From an uncultured Chloroflexia bacterium (GTDB lineage: Bacteria > Chloroflexota > Limnocylindria > Limnocylindrales > CSP1-4): a stretch of DNA of 64,000 bases. Shown here piece by piece: positions 34,872 to 43,448 of this stretch; the first letter of the stretch is position 1, and each line of letters begins with the position of its first letter. The stretch covers positions 224,001 through 288,000 of the forward strand of contig CAVVNQ010000003.1 of NCBI GenBank assembly GCA_963749705.1, written 5' to 3'. The translations under genes and the position numbers were made by a program. The notes under the pieces are model-generated. The model saw only the letters and a program-made list of their open reading frames with translations. It had not been told where the DNA came from and did not search any database.

Positions 34872-35343
34872 CGTGCTCACCGCCCGTGTAGCCACCCGAC
34901 GTGGCGGGGGCTGGCGCCGCGTTGGCCGCCGCCTGGCGCGCAGCTGCCTTGTTGAGCTCGGCGAGTCGCGCCTGGGCCGCCTTGAGCTGGCCCTGGAGGG
35001 TCTGCAGCTTGGACGTCGCGGCCGCGAGCTGATCCCGCAGCGTGGCGGCGGTCTGCGCGTCGGTGGTGATGTGATCGCCTGCCTCGGCCAGCGCCGCCTT
35101 GAGCGAGGCGATCTGGTCGGCCGCGGAGCCGACCTGGTCTGACAGGGCACCTGCACGGTCGGACTCGGCGACCAGCTGGGCGTTGATCGTATCCATCGCG
35201 ACCGGCGCCACGTCCAACGGTGCCGATTCCGCGCGCCAGTCGGCGGCGACCTTGACGGTGCCGATCGCGATCCCGATGACCGCGATGGTGGCCGCCAGGA
35301 CGACGGCTCGTCGCAGCAGGCGACGCAGGAGATCCCCGGACAT
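34861..35343 (-). CDS. Single-TM coiled-coil protein with acidic/His tail
   Basis: LLRRLLRRAVVLAATIAVIGIAIGTV, long heptad helix, ends GGEHDDD; TAATG overlap, GGAGGAG RBS. Confidence 0.72.
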   Translation of the reverse strand: MSGDLLRRLLRRAVVLAATIAVIGIAIGTVKVAADWRAESAPLDVAPVAMDTINAQLVAESDRAGALSDQVGSAADQIASLKAALAEAGDHITTDAQTAATLRDQLAAATSKLQTLQGQLKAAQARLAELNKAAARQAAANAAPAPATSGGYTGGEHDDD

Positions 35344-36068
35344 TACTGCTCCTCCATGGTGGCGTGGACCGGCACGGGCCGGCTGATCGGTGCGGTCGTT
35401 GGCGAGGTCGGGATCTGGGCCGGGCGCTGCGGCCGCGCCTTGGCGGTCCACCAGCGGTGGGCCACGCCCGCGAGGATGGGCAGGCCGGTGGCCAGGTACA
35501 GGGGGGTCAGCGCGCCGCCGTCGGTGCCGGCGAGGACCGCATGGACCCAGGCCAGCAGGAACGCGGCTGCGGCCACGCGGTGGATCCGGAGCCACCAGCC
35601 CGACGGCAGGAGGCGGGTCCACTTGGCGGTCACGGCGGTCACGATCAGGGCGTACAGCGCGATCGATCCGATGGCAACCGCTGGCGGCCGGTACTCGGAG
35701 AAGCCGGGCACCAGCGCACCGATCACGCCGACCCTTGCAAACGGGTCCACCGCGAGCAGGGCGACGTGGAGCGCGAGGAAGGCCCCGGTGAACACCGAGA
35801 TCATCTCGTGCCACGGAAACGTGGGCTTGGTCAGGCGCCAGGTCGAGGTGTTCCTGGGGTGGCTGAGCAGCAGGCCCGAGGCCACCTCGAGCGCCAGGAG
35901 CAGGTACGCCGTGACGCCCATCGCGCGCGCGGCGATCCATGGCCGGACCTGCACGAGGTGAGGATCGGCGGCCGGCAGGACCTGGTCGGTCACGCCGAGC
36001 GCGATGAGCGCGGCGATCGCACCCAGGGAGACGAGCGTGGCCGCGCCTACGCGCATGGAGGAACCCAC
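35343..36068 (-). CDS. Ferric reductase-like/MsrQ-like diheme transmembrane protein
   Basis: W.AARA.G, two His pairs WH-x13-H and IH-x12-H, AGTD; no cytosolic FAD/NAD domain; start uncertain. Confidence 0.8.
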   Translation of the reverse strand: MGSSMRVGAATLVSLGAIAALIALGVTDQVLPAADPHLVQVRPWIAARAMGVTAYLLLALEVASGLLLSHPRNTSTWRLTKPTFPWHEMISVFTGAFLALHVALLAVDPFARVGVIGALVPGFSEYRPPAVAIGSIALYALIVTAVTAKWTRLLPSGWWLRIHRVAAAAFLLAWVHAVLAGTDGGALTPLYLATGLPILAGVAHRWWTAKARPQRPAQIPTSPTTAPISRPVPVHATMEEQ

Positions 36069-36244
36069 GCGGATGCAGCGGACGGTCGGCGTGCGGGACG
36101 AGCGAGACGGTGCGGCATGACGGCTCCCAGCGATGGTCCGGTGCCGTTCTGAGGCGCGTCATCGGCCCGAGGTTTCACGCCCGGTGCGGCCGATGGTCCC
36201 GGCCGTGGCCAGTACGAGCGGCCCGCCTGCCTCCGGGCGGCCGG

Positions 36245-37204
36245 TCAGCCGGGCTTCAGCGCAGCCAGGATGCGGTCGAGGTCGAACCGCATCATCCCGA
36301 CGTACGTGTCCGCCGGCGGATCCCCGAGCGTGTCCGTATACAGGTCCGTCACGACGGTGGCCCCGGTCTCGCCGGCGATCGTGTCGGCCAGCTCCGGGCT
36401 GAACTGCGCCTCGGCGAAGATCGCGCGGGCGCCGCTCGAGCGGATCTTCAGGACGAGGTCGGCGAGCTCGCCCGCGCTCGGATCCTGCCCCGGCGCATCG
36501 ACGATGGAGCCGACCACGGTCAACCCGTAGGCCGCCGCGAAGTACGGGAACGCCTCGTGGAACGAGACGACCACCCGGCTCGCAGCCGGCAGCGCCTGGA
36601 TGCGATCGCGGATCTCGGTATCGAGGGCGTCGAGGGTCGCGTGGTACGCATCCGCGTTTGCCCGGAACTCGGACGCATGCGCCGGATCGGCGTCCGACAG
36701 CGCCGTCTCGATCCGGTCGACGTACTTCGACACGTAGGCGACGTTGAGCCACAGGTGCGGGTTGGGGCCCGCGCTCCCGCTGGCGGCGAGGTAGGTCACC
36801 CCCGGCTGGTCCTCGCCCAGGCGCACGATCGGCGCCGCCGTCCCGGCGTCCGAGGCAAGGCTCGTCAGCCAGTCGTCAAGCCCGAGCCCGTTGGCGACGA
36901 TGAGCTCCGCCGCACCGATCTGCTTCACGTCGGCGGGGGTCGGGTCGAAGGTGTGGACCTCGCCGCCCCTGGGGACGAGGCTCTGGACGTTCACGGCGGT
37001 GCCGCCGACCTGCCGCACGAGGTCGGCGAAGATCGTCGTCGTCGTGACCACGCGGAGGGCGTCCGGCGCCGGTGAAGGATCCCCGGCGGTCGCCTGATCG
37101 CCACCCGACGACGCACCGCAGGCGGAGATGACGAGGGCGCTCGCCAGCAGCAGGATCGCCCGGACAGGCGACCGGCGGCTGCCCGGCACCAGGGGACTCG
37201 ACAT
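36245..37204 (-). CDS. Metal (Zn/Mn) ABC transporter substrate-binding lipoprotein (ZnuA/TroA family)
   Basis: Lipobox ISAC, EVHTFDP, NPHLWL, HEAFPYF, LYTDTL. Confidence 0.9.
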   Translation of the reverse strand: MSSPLVPGSRRSPVRAILLLASALVISACGASSGGDQATAGDPSPAPDALRVVTTTTIFADLVRQVGGTAVNVQSLVPRGGEVHTFDPTPADVKQIGAAELIVANGLGLDDWLTSLASDAGTAAPIVRLGEDQPGVTYLAASGSAGPNPHLWLNVAYVSKYVDRIETALSDADPAHASEFRANADAYHATLDALDTEIRDRIQALPAASRVVVSFHEAFPYFAAAYGLTVVGSIVDAPGQDPSAGELADLVLKIRSSGARAIFAEAQFSPELADTIAGETGATVVTDLYTDTLGDPPADTYVGMMRFDLDRILAALKPG

Positions 37205-37207
37205 CGG

Positions 37208-37708
37208 TCACGCCCCCCCGGCACGGGCGCGGCACGCCCGGCACCGCCCGAACACCTCGAGCCGGTGCGCGGTCACCTCGAAGCCGGATCGCTCCCCGAT
37301 CACGGCCAGCACGTCGGTCAGGCCCACGTCCTCGATGTCGAACGACAGGCCACATTCGGTGCAGATCGCATGATGGTGATGCGACGGCTCGCAGGCGACA
37401 TAGGCATGGTCGCCCGCGGGCAGGTCGACCCGCTCGACCAGCCGCAGCGTCGAGAACAGGTCGAGCGTGCGGAACACCGTCGCCCGGCCGATCCCGGGCG
37501 CGACCTGTCGTGCGTCGGCGACGAGGTCGGCTGCCGTGAAGTGCCCGGACCTGGCCGCGATCAGGCCGGCGACGACCCGCCGCGGCTCCGTCACCCGGAC
37601 CCCGGCGGGGCCCAGGGCGTCGATCAGAGCCTGCGTGGAGCGGGGCGCGCTCGGGGCGACCTTCCCGTGGGTGACGTCGCCCATCGCGGCGCCGGACATC
37701 CCGCTCAC
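37208..37708 (-). CDS. Fur-family regulator, probably Zur
   Basis: RVTEPRR, HFTAADL, GRATVFRTL, HHHHAICTECG, CRAC; inside metal ABC operon; start uncertain. Confidence 0.85.
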   Translation of the reverse strand: MSGMSGAAMGDVTHGKVAPSAPRSTQALIDALGPAGVRVTEPRRVVAGLIAARSGHFTAADLVADARQVAPGIGRATVFRTLDLFSTLRLVERVDLPAGDHAYVACEPSHHHHAICTECGLSFDIEDVGLTDVLAVIGERSGFEVTAHRLEVFGRCRACRARAGGA

Positions 37709-38562
37709 GCCGGCGCCTCTGCCGCCGCCGCGGCCGCACGCCGAGTCGCCACCAGCCCGCGCGGGCCGGCGACCAGCGCGACCAGGAACAGGGCGGTCTG
37801 GACGAGGACGATGGTGGCGCCGCTTGCGACGTGCAGCCAGTACGACAGGTAGAGCCCGATCACGGCGCTGGCAATGCCGACGACGGCCGCAAGCAGCATC
37901 AGCCGCATGAACCGGACCGTGAGCATCTGGGCCGTCGCCGCCGGGGTGATCAGCATCGCGACCACCAGGATGATCCCGACGGCCTGGAGGCTGACCACGA
38001 TCGTCAGCGCGACCAGGGCGAGGAACAGGTACTCGAGCCCGTCCACCCGGATCCCCGACGCCGCCGCACCCAGCGGATCGAACGTGGCGTACAGGAGCTC
38101 CTTCCACATCAGCGCCACGATCCCGATCACGCCGAGCCCGAGGATGACCAGGGCCGTGAGATCCGTGGGGCTGATGGCGAGGACGTTCCCGAACAGGAAG
38201 CTGAACAGGTCGGCGACGTAGCCCTTGATCGTGCTGAACAGGAAGATGCCGAACGCGAACGTCCCGGCGAACATCACCCCGATCACCGTGTCCTGCCGGA
38301 TCCCCGCCCGCTTGGTCACCACGCCGATGGCAAGGGCCGTGCCCACCGCGGCCACGGCGGCGCCGAAGTAGGTCGGGACACCGAGCATGTACGCCGCGAC
38401 CACGCCCGGGAAGCCGGCATGTGCGATCGCGTCACCGATGAACGCCACGCCCCGGAGGACGACGTAGGTCCCGACCACCGCGCACACCACGCCGACCAGC
38501 GCGGACGCGATCAGGGCCCGGACGAAGAAGCCGAACGCCAGCGGCTCGAGCAGGGCGTCCAT
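37705..38562 (-). CDS. Metal ABC transporter permease (ZnuB/MntB-like)
   Basis: GDAIAHAGFPG, LFGNVLA, TFDP, VGIILVVAMLITPAATA. Confidence 0.92.
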   Translation of the reverse strand: MDALLEPLAFGFFVRALIASALVGVVCAVVGTYVVLRGVAFIGDAIAHAGFPGVVAAYMLGVPTYFGAAVAAVGTALAIGVVTKRAGIRQDTVIGVMFAGTFAFGIFLFSTIKGYVADLFSFLFGNVLAISPTDLTALVILGLGVIGIVALMWKELLYATFDPLGAAASGIRVDGLEYLFLALVALTIVVSLQAVGIILVVAMLITPAATAQMLTVRFMRLMLLAAVVGIASAVIGLYLSYWLHVASGATIVLVQTALFLVALVAGPRGLVATRRAAAAAAEAPA

Positions 38563-39461
38563 CAGCGCCCATCCCGATCATGGAAGTGGCGCTCGCCGGG
38601 CGCGGCATCGTCGTGGTGGTGCGCATCGTCGATGACGACCGCACCGCCCTTGAGCATCAGCAGGTGACCGCCGTACGCGCGCGCCAGCACATCCGCGTCG
38701 AGCACGATGTTCGCCGGGCCGTAGGCCACGACGGTCCGGTTGACCGCGAGCACCTGCTGGAACCGCTGCGCGGCGCAGGCGAGGTCGTGCGTCGTGGCGA
38801 CCACGGTCTTGCCGCGAGCGGCCTGCGCCTCGAGCAGGTCCATGAGCAGCTCCTGCGTCGTGGCGTCGATGCCGGTCACCGGTTCGTCGAGCAGGAACAG
38901 GTCGGGCTCCGCGGCCAGCGCCCGGGCGAGGAACACCCGCCGCCGCTGCCCGCCCGAGAGCCGGCCGATCTGGGTCGAGCGGTGGTCCCCCATGTTGACC
39001 TGGTCGAGGGCACCGGCCACGGCGCGACGATCGTCGCCGCCCGGCCGGTGGAGCCGTCCGAGCCGCGGATAGCGGCCCATCATCACGACCTCCTCGACGG
39101 TCACCGGGAATGCCCAGTCGACGAGCTCCGCCTGCGGCACGTAGGCAACGCGTCGGGCCTCGCGCCCGGCCGGTGCGCCGAGGATCTCGATCCTGCCCGA
39201 CCACGGCTGGAGCAGGCCGGCCATCAGCTTGAGCATGGTGCTCTTGCCGGCGCCGTTGGGGCCGACCACGGCGAGCAGGCTGCCGGGCTCGACGGCGACG
39301 GTGATGTGGTCGAGCGCCGTGCGCGCGCCGTAGCCCGCGGATACGTCGCTCAGCCAGACGTCCGCATGGGCATGGGCGTGCGCCGGCTGGAGCGCGTGCT
39401 CCGGGGACGCGGACAGGTGGTCATGGATCGGCGTTGATGCGGGTGGTGTCGGCGGCTGCAT
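38562..39461 (-). CDS. Metal ABC transporter ATPase (ZnuC-like) with His-rich termini
   Basis: GPNGAGKST, YVPQ, LSGGQRRR, LDEP, THDL; HAHAHA N-term and DAHHHD C-term. Confidence 0.92.
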   Translation of the reverse strand: MQPPTPPASTPIHDHLSASPEHALQPAHAHAHADVWLSDVSAGYGARTALDHITVAVEPGSLLAVVGPNGAGKSTMLKLMAGLLQPWSGRIEILGAPAGREARRVAYVPQAELVDWAFPVTVEEVVMMGRYPRLGRLHRPGGDDRRAVAGALDQVNMGDHRSTQIGRLSGGQRRRVFLARALAAEPDLFLLDEPVTGIDATTQELLMDLLEAQAARGKTVVATTHDLACAAQRFQQVLAVNRTVVAYGPANIVLDADVLARAYGGHLLMLKGGAVVIDDAHHHDDAAPGERHFHDRDGR

Positions 39462-39462
39462 A

Positions 39463-39477
39463 TGAGACACAGTATCA
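39463..39477. promoter_or_regulatory. Putative Fur/Zur box
   Basis: TGAGACACAGTATCA, imperfect 7-1-7 palindrome resembling TGATAATNATTATCA, 1 nt upstream of the znuC-like ATG. Confidence 0.65.
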
Positions 39478-39673
39478 ACTACGGCGAATCCATGCAAGGG
39501 CGTGCGGCTCGGGGAAGGCGGGCGACCGCGATGCGGTACGACCCGGGCCGCACGGACCCACCGGCCGGGACCAAGGTCCCTTCCGCCGACCCCCGGGCAG
39601 CCGCGAGGCTGTCCGCGCAGATCTGCGCGACAATCGACAGGCCCCGACGATCGACCACGACTGGAGGACTCCC

Positions 39674-40558
39674 CTGAGCCCCAAGCAGAAGCCGACCCAA
39701 TCCACCCGCCGCGAGCGCCGCGCCGCGGAGCGCCGCGACCGGTTCGAGGTCGCCCGCGATGAGCGGCGCGCGCGCGCGTCCACCCGCGGGGGAAGCGGAT
39801 CGACCCTGATGACGACCCGCAACATCACGATCGCTGCCGTGATCGTGGGCGTGCTGATCGTCGCGTTCGTCGCGACCCAGCAGCTGGGCGGGAAGGTGTC
39901 GGGCACGTTCAACGATCCCGCGATGGCGTACCCGGCGGCGCTCCTCGACGGGCATGCGATCGGCAAGGCCGACGCACCGGTGACGCTCGACGTCTACGAG
40001 GACTTCCAGTGCCCCATCTGCGCCCAGTATTCGCTGAGCATCGAGCCGGTCCTGGTCAACCAGTACGTCCAGCCCGGCACGCTGCGGATCGTCCACCACG
40101 ACATCGCGATCCTCGGTCGCGGCGGCGCCGACGATGAATCGAAGCTGGCCGCGTCGGGGGCGACCTGTGCCAACGACCACGGCGTGTACTGGACGTACGC
40201 ACACTGGGTCTACGACAACCAGGACGGCGAGAACGCCGGCGAGTTCACGCGAGACCGGCTGACCGCGATCGTCGAGGCGGCCGGCCTCGACTCGGCGGGC
40301 CTCGATGCTGCGACGTTCAGGGCCTGCCTCGACGACCAGGCCACGATCCAGGCCGTGGCCGACACCACGTCCCAGGCCGTGGCCCTGCAGATCAACTCGA
40401 CGCCCACCATGTTCATCGGTGACCAGCGGATCGTGGGCCTCAAGTCTGCCACCGAGCTCGGCGCCCTGATCGAGGCGGCTGCGGCCTCTCCCGCGGCGTC
40501 CTCGGCGGCATCGCCCGGCGCCTCGAGCCCGGACGCAACGGCGAGCAGCGCACCCTGA
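39674..40558 (+). CDS. Membrane-anchored DsbA-family thiol-disulfide oxidoreductase
   Basis: GKADAPVT, YEDFQCPIC, cis-Pro STPT; GGAGG 6 nt before in-frame CTG 39674 (alternative ATG downstream). Confidence 0.88.
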   Translation: MSPKQKPTQSTRRERRAAERRDRFEVARDERRARASTRGGSGSTLMTTRNITIAAVIVGVLIVAFVATQQLGGKVSGTFNDPAMAYPAALLDGHAIGKADAPVTLDVYEDFQCPICAQYSLSIEPVLVNQYVQPGTLRIVHHDIAILGRGGADDESKLAASGATCANDHGVYWTYAHWVYDNQDGENAGEFTRDRLTAIVEAAGLDSAGLDAATFRACLDDQATIQAVADTTSQAVALQINSTPTMFIGDQRIVGLKSATELGALIEAAAASPAASSAASPGASSPDATASSAP

Positions 40559-40560
40559 CG

Positions 40561-40995
40561 GTGTCCCACTCCGAGACCGCACCGCGCGGTCCGCTCGGCC
40601 TGCCGCTGCTGATCGTGACCCTGGTGGGTCTCGCCGTGTCCGGCTACCTGGTCGCCGTCCGACTGCTCGGCGAGGCGCCGACGTGCGGGCCGGTGCGAGG
40701 CTGCGAGACGGTCACGACGTCGGAGTACTCGACGATCGCGGGCGTTCCCGTTGCCGTCCTCGGCCTGCTCCTGTCCGTGTGCCTGGTCGCCTGCGCGGCC
40801 TGGTGGTGGCGGCGTGCGGACCGGCGGGTCCTGTTGCTGGCCTATGGCCTGCTGCTGCTCGCGACGCTCGCCGTCGCGTACCTCACCTACCTCGAGCTGT
40901 TCGTGATCCATGCGATCTGCGTGTGGTGCGTCAGCTATGCCATCACGGTGCTGGTGTCGCTGGGCGTGACGGGTCTCGCGCTGCGATCGGGCTGA
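40561..40995 (+). CDS. Vitamin K epoxide reductase (VKOR) family protein
   Basis: CGPVRGCETVTTSEYS, GVPVA, YLTYLE, ICVWC; adjacent to DsbA. Confidence 0.92.
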   Translation: MSHSETAPRGPLGLPLLIVTLVGLAVSGYLVAVRLLGEAPTCGPVRGCETVTTSEYSTIAGVPVAVLGLLLSVCLVACAAWWWRRADRRVLLLAYGLLLLATLAVAYLTYLELFVIHAICVWCVSYAITVLVSLGVTGLALRSG

Positions 40996-41130
40996 GCGAG
41001 CGGTACCGGCGGGCCCGGGACCTTCGTCGGGGAGTCCCGCCTTGCCGCGGGACGTACGATGCCCGAGCCGCCGGGAGCATGCCGGGCGGTCCGTCGCGGC
41101 CGGTGACCAGCCGCGGACAGGAGGGAGCGA

Positions 41131-42225
41131 ATGGCGCTCCGGGGCCTCCGATCCGCATTCAACCGCGGTGATACCAAGGGCACGGCAGGTGAGGGATCGG
41201 CCGACGGTGGGTCAGGCGTCCAGTGGGGCCCGCCCGCGGGCACGCTCGACACGCTCGCCGCAAAGTCCGGGACCACGCACGCGCCGGCGAACGAGCTCCC
41301 GGCATGGCTGCCGCAGCCGGCCGGTCAGCCGGCGGCCGGGCGATGGGCCCGCGGGGCCACCCGCGCTCCCGCGCCCGAGCTCGATCCGCCGACCGATGAG
41401 GACCGACGGCCCCTTGCCGCCGCCCGTGGATTCGGGCCCCAACCGAACGAGCTCGAGCCGCGCGAGGTTGCGGCGGCGCCCGGCGCGAACAGCCGCTTCG
41501 GCTTCCGATCCGACTCCCTCTCGGGTGCGCCCGCCGGCACGGGGGCACGCGCCGCCGGGCTTGCCGCCCACTGTCCCGGCTGCGGCGAGCCGATCGCGAA
41601 GGGAGCCCGCAGGTGCGCGTCGTGCGGACGACGGTTCATGCTCGGTGTGCCTGCCGGCAGGGCGTCGCTCCTGGTCGGCGCAGGCATGCTCGCCGGGCTC
41701 GTGGTCGGCGGGCTCGTGGTCGGGATCGCGTTGCCGCGCGACGCCGCCACGGCCGGTGTCGGGCCGGCGGCCAGCAATGCCGCACCGTCGTTCGTGCCGG
41801 TCTCCGCGAACGCGGCCGCGGCGCTGCGGGGGACGACCGCGCTCAATGGTCGGCTCGCGTCGGAGGCGGAACCGCTGAGCGCGGCGCTCGCCGAGACGTC
41901 GTTCCCGGTCCAGGACGTGGTCAAGGTGCTCCGCCGGATGAGCAGCGATGCCCGTGCGGCGACCGCGATGGTCGGGTCGCTCGCCGACTGGCCACAGGCC
42001 ACCAGCCACCAGACCCAGCTGCAGGCGTTCTACGATCAGCTGACCGGCGAGATCAACACCGGCCTGGGCGCGTCCGTGACGAGCGCGGACGCGTACAAGG
42101 GCTCGGCGCGAGCCATCCTCGCCACGCTCCGCAGCATCGTGGGCCTCGATGCGACGGCGCGCGAGCTCGCGGCGCAATCCGGGATCACCCTTCCCGAGGT
42201 CGCCATCCCGGCTGCCCTTCGCTGA
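41131..42225 (+). CDS. Hypothetical membrane protein with zinc ribbon
   Basis: CPGC-x10-CASC, then a TM helix and a helical domain; GGAGGGAG RBS. Confidence 0.7.
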   Translation: MALRGLRSAFNRGDTKGTAGEGSADGGSGVQWGPPAGTLDTLAAKSGTTHAPANELPAWLPQPAGQPAAGRWARGATRAPAPELDPPTDEDRRPLAAARGFGPQPNELEPREVAAAPGANSRFGFRSDSLSGAPAGTGARAAGLAAHCPGCGEPIAKGARRCASCGRRFMLGVPAGRASLLVGAGMLAGLVVGGLVVGIALPRDAATAGVGPAASNAAPSFVPVSANAAAALRGTTALNGRLASEAEPLSAALAETSFPVQDVVKVLRRMSSDARAATAMVGSLADWPQATSHQTQLQAFYDQLTGEINTGLGASVTSADAYKGSARAILATLRSIVGLDATARELAAQSGITLPEVAIPAALR

Positions 42226-42246
42226 CCGGGCAGCGACGTCCCCCGA

Positions 42247-43434
42247 TCACGGGCCGCCCATGTAGCCGGTCAGCTCCACGTAGGCCTGACCGCCGACCGG
42301 CTGGCCCGCCCGGCTCGCGGTGATCCGCTGGGATCCCTCCCAGTAGACGACCCCCGTCGTCGCCCGGGTGTCCAGCTCCTGGTCCGCTACCGTCGGCGCC
42401 AGGTCGACCCGGAGCCCGTGGTTCGGGATCGAGATCGACCAGCCCGCCGGGTACCTCGTCCCCGTGTGCGGGCTGGTCCAGGTGTTCGTGACGGCCACCG
42501 AGAAGTCGGATGCGGCAAGGTGCTCGGCTGACCCGGTCGCCGGCAGGTAGGTGCCATAGACCAGGGGGTACGTCCCGTCCGTGGCCCGCACGAGCGACAG
42601 CATGATGTCGGTCCCGTCGGCGAGGTTGATCGCGAACCAGTCCCATCCACCGGCCCCGACGGCGATGAAGTCGCCCCACTGGTGGTCGAACCACGCAGAG
42701 CCGCTGACCCGCAGCGTGCGATCGCCCACGGCGATCGTCCCGCTCGCGGCCATCGCCGTTCGGGACACGTAGTACGACCCGCCCGCCGCGCCGAAGTCGA
42801 TGTACCCATCGCCATCGTGGAGCGTCGGCGGGCGCGACGCCGTCAGCGACAGCGCCAGCCCGAACCCGGCTGCGGGATCGCCCTCGACCTCGTCGGGATC
42901 CGCAGCGGCCGTGAGCGCATCGACGCCGTCCCGGCCGGACATCACCCACGGCTCGCGTGCGACCGTCGATGAGCCGAGCGGGTCGACGCCACGGATCCGG
43001 AGGTCGAACCCCGGCTGCCCGCCCAAGCCACCAGCGGCATCCCCGTCCGCCTGGTCCACGTTGACCTGCGGCCCGACCTCCGCGCGTTGCGCGTAATGGA
43101 ACTCGCCCCCGCGCTCATCGGTCAGCGCCAGGTGCGACGCCCACGACACCGGAAAGCCGCCCCGCTCGGCCCGGAACACCACGAGCTCGAAGCCCCAGCT
43201 GCCGCCGGTGTCGTCGCGCAGGTGGCCGGTGTAGTACCACCACTCGGTCAGCCGATGGTGCGGCGCGTCGTCGGTGGGCAGGACGACGGGACGCGGGTCC
43301 GGCGGACCGGGCGTGGCGGTGGGTGACGGCGTCACCACCGGGTGGGCGGCCGGTGGGTTGGCCGCGATCGGACCGCCGCATCCGACGAGCGCTCCGAGGA
43401 TCACCACCACCGCCAACGGGCGAAGCCGGCCCAT
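42247..43434 (-). CDS. AttH/CrtC-like lipocalin-domain lipoprotein
   Basis: Lipobox LVGC, EWWYYTGHL, SYY, WFDHQWG, GWDWF, YPAGW, YWEG, YVELTGY. Confidence 0.85.
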   Translation of the reverse strand: MGRLRPLAVVVILGALVGCGGPIAANPPAAHPVVTPSPTATPGPPDPRPVVLPTDDAPHHRLTEWWYYTGHLRDDTGGSWGFELVVFRAERGGFPVSWASHLALTDERGGEFHYAQRAEVGPQVNVDQADGDAAGGLGGQPGFDLRIRGVDPLGSSTVAREPWVMSGRDGVDALTAAADPDEVEGDPAAGFGLALSLTASRPPTLHDGDGYIDFGAAGGSYYVSRTAMAASGTIAVGDRTLRVSGSAWFDHQWGDFIAVGAGGWDWFAINLADGTDIMLSLVRATDGTYPLVYGTYLPATGSAEHLAASDFSVAVTNTWTSPHTGTRYPAGWSISIPNHGLRVDLAPTVADQELDTRATTGVVYWEGSQRITASRAGQPVGGQAYVELTGYMGGP

Positions 43435-43448
43435 GCGATCCCGGCCGC

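Noticed and set aside
36170-36186. GTTTCACG half-site as a third parS, or TGAAAC as an ECF -35
   Set aside because: Second parS half absent; no convincing ECF -10 at the right spacing
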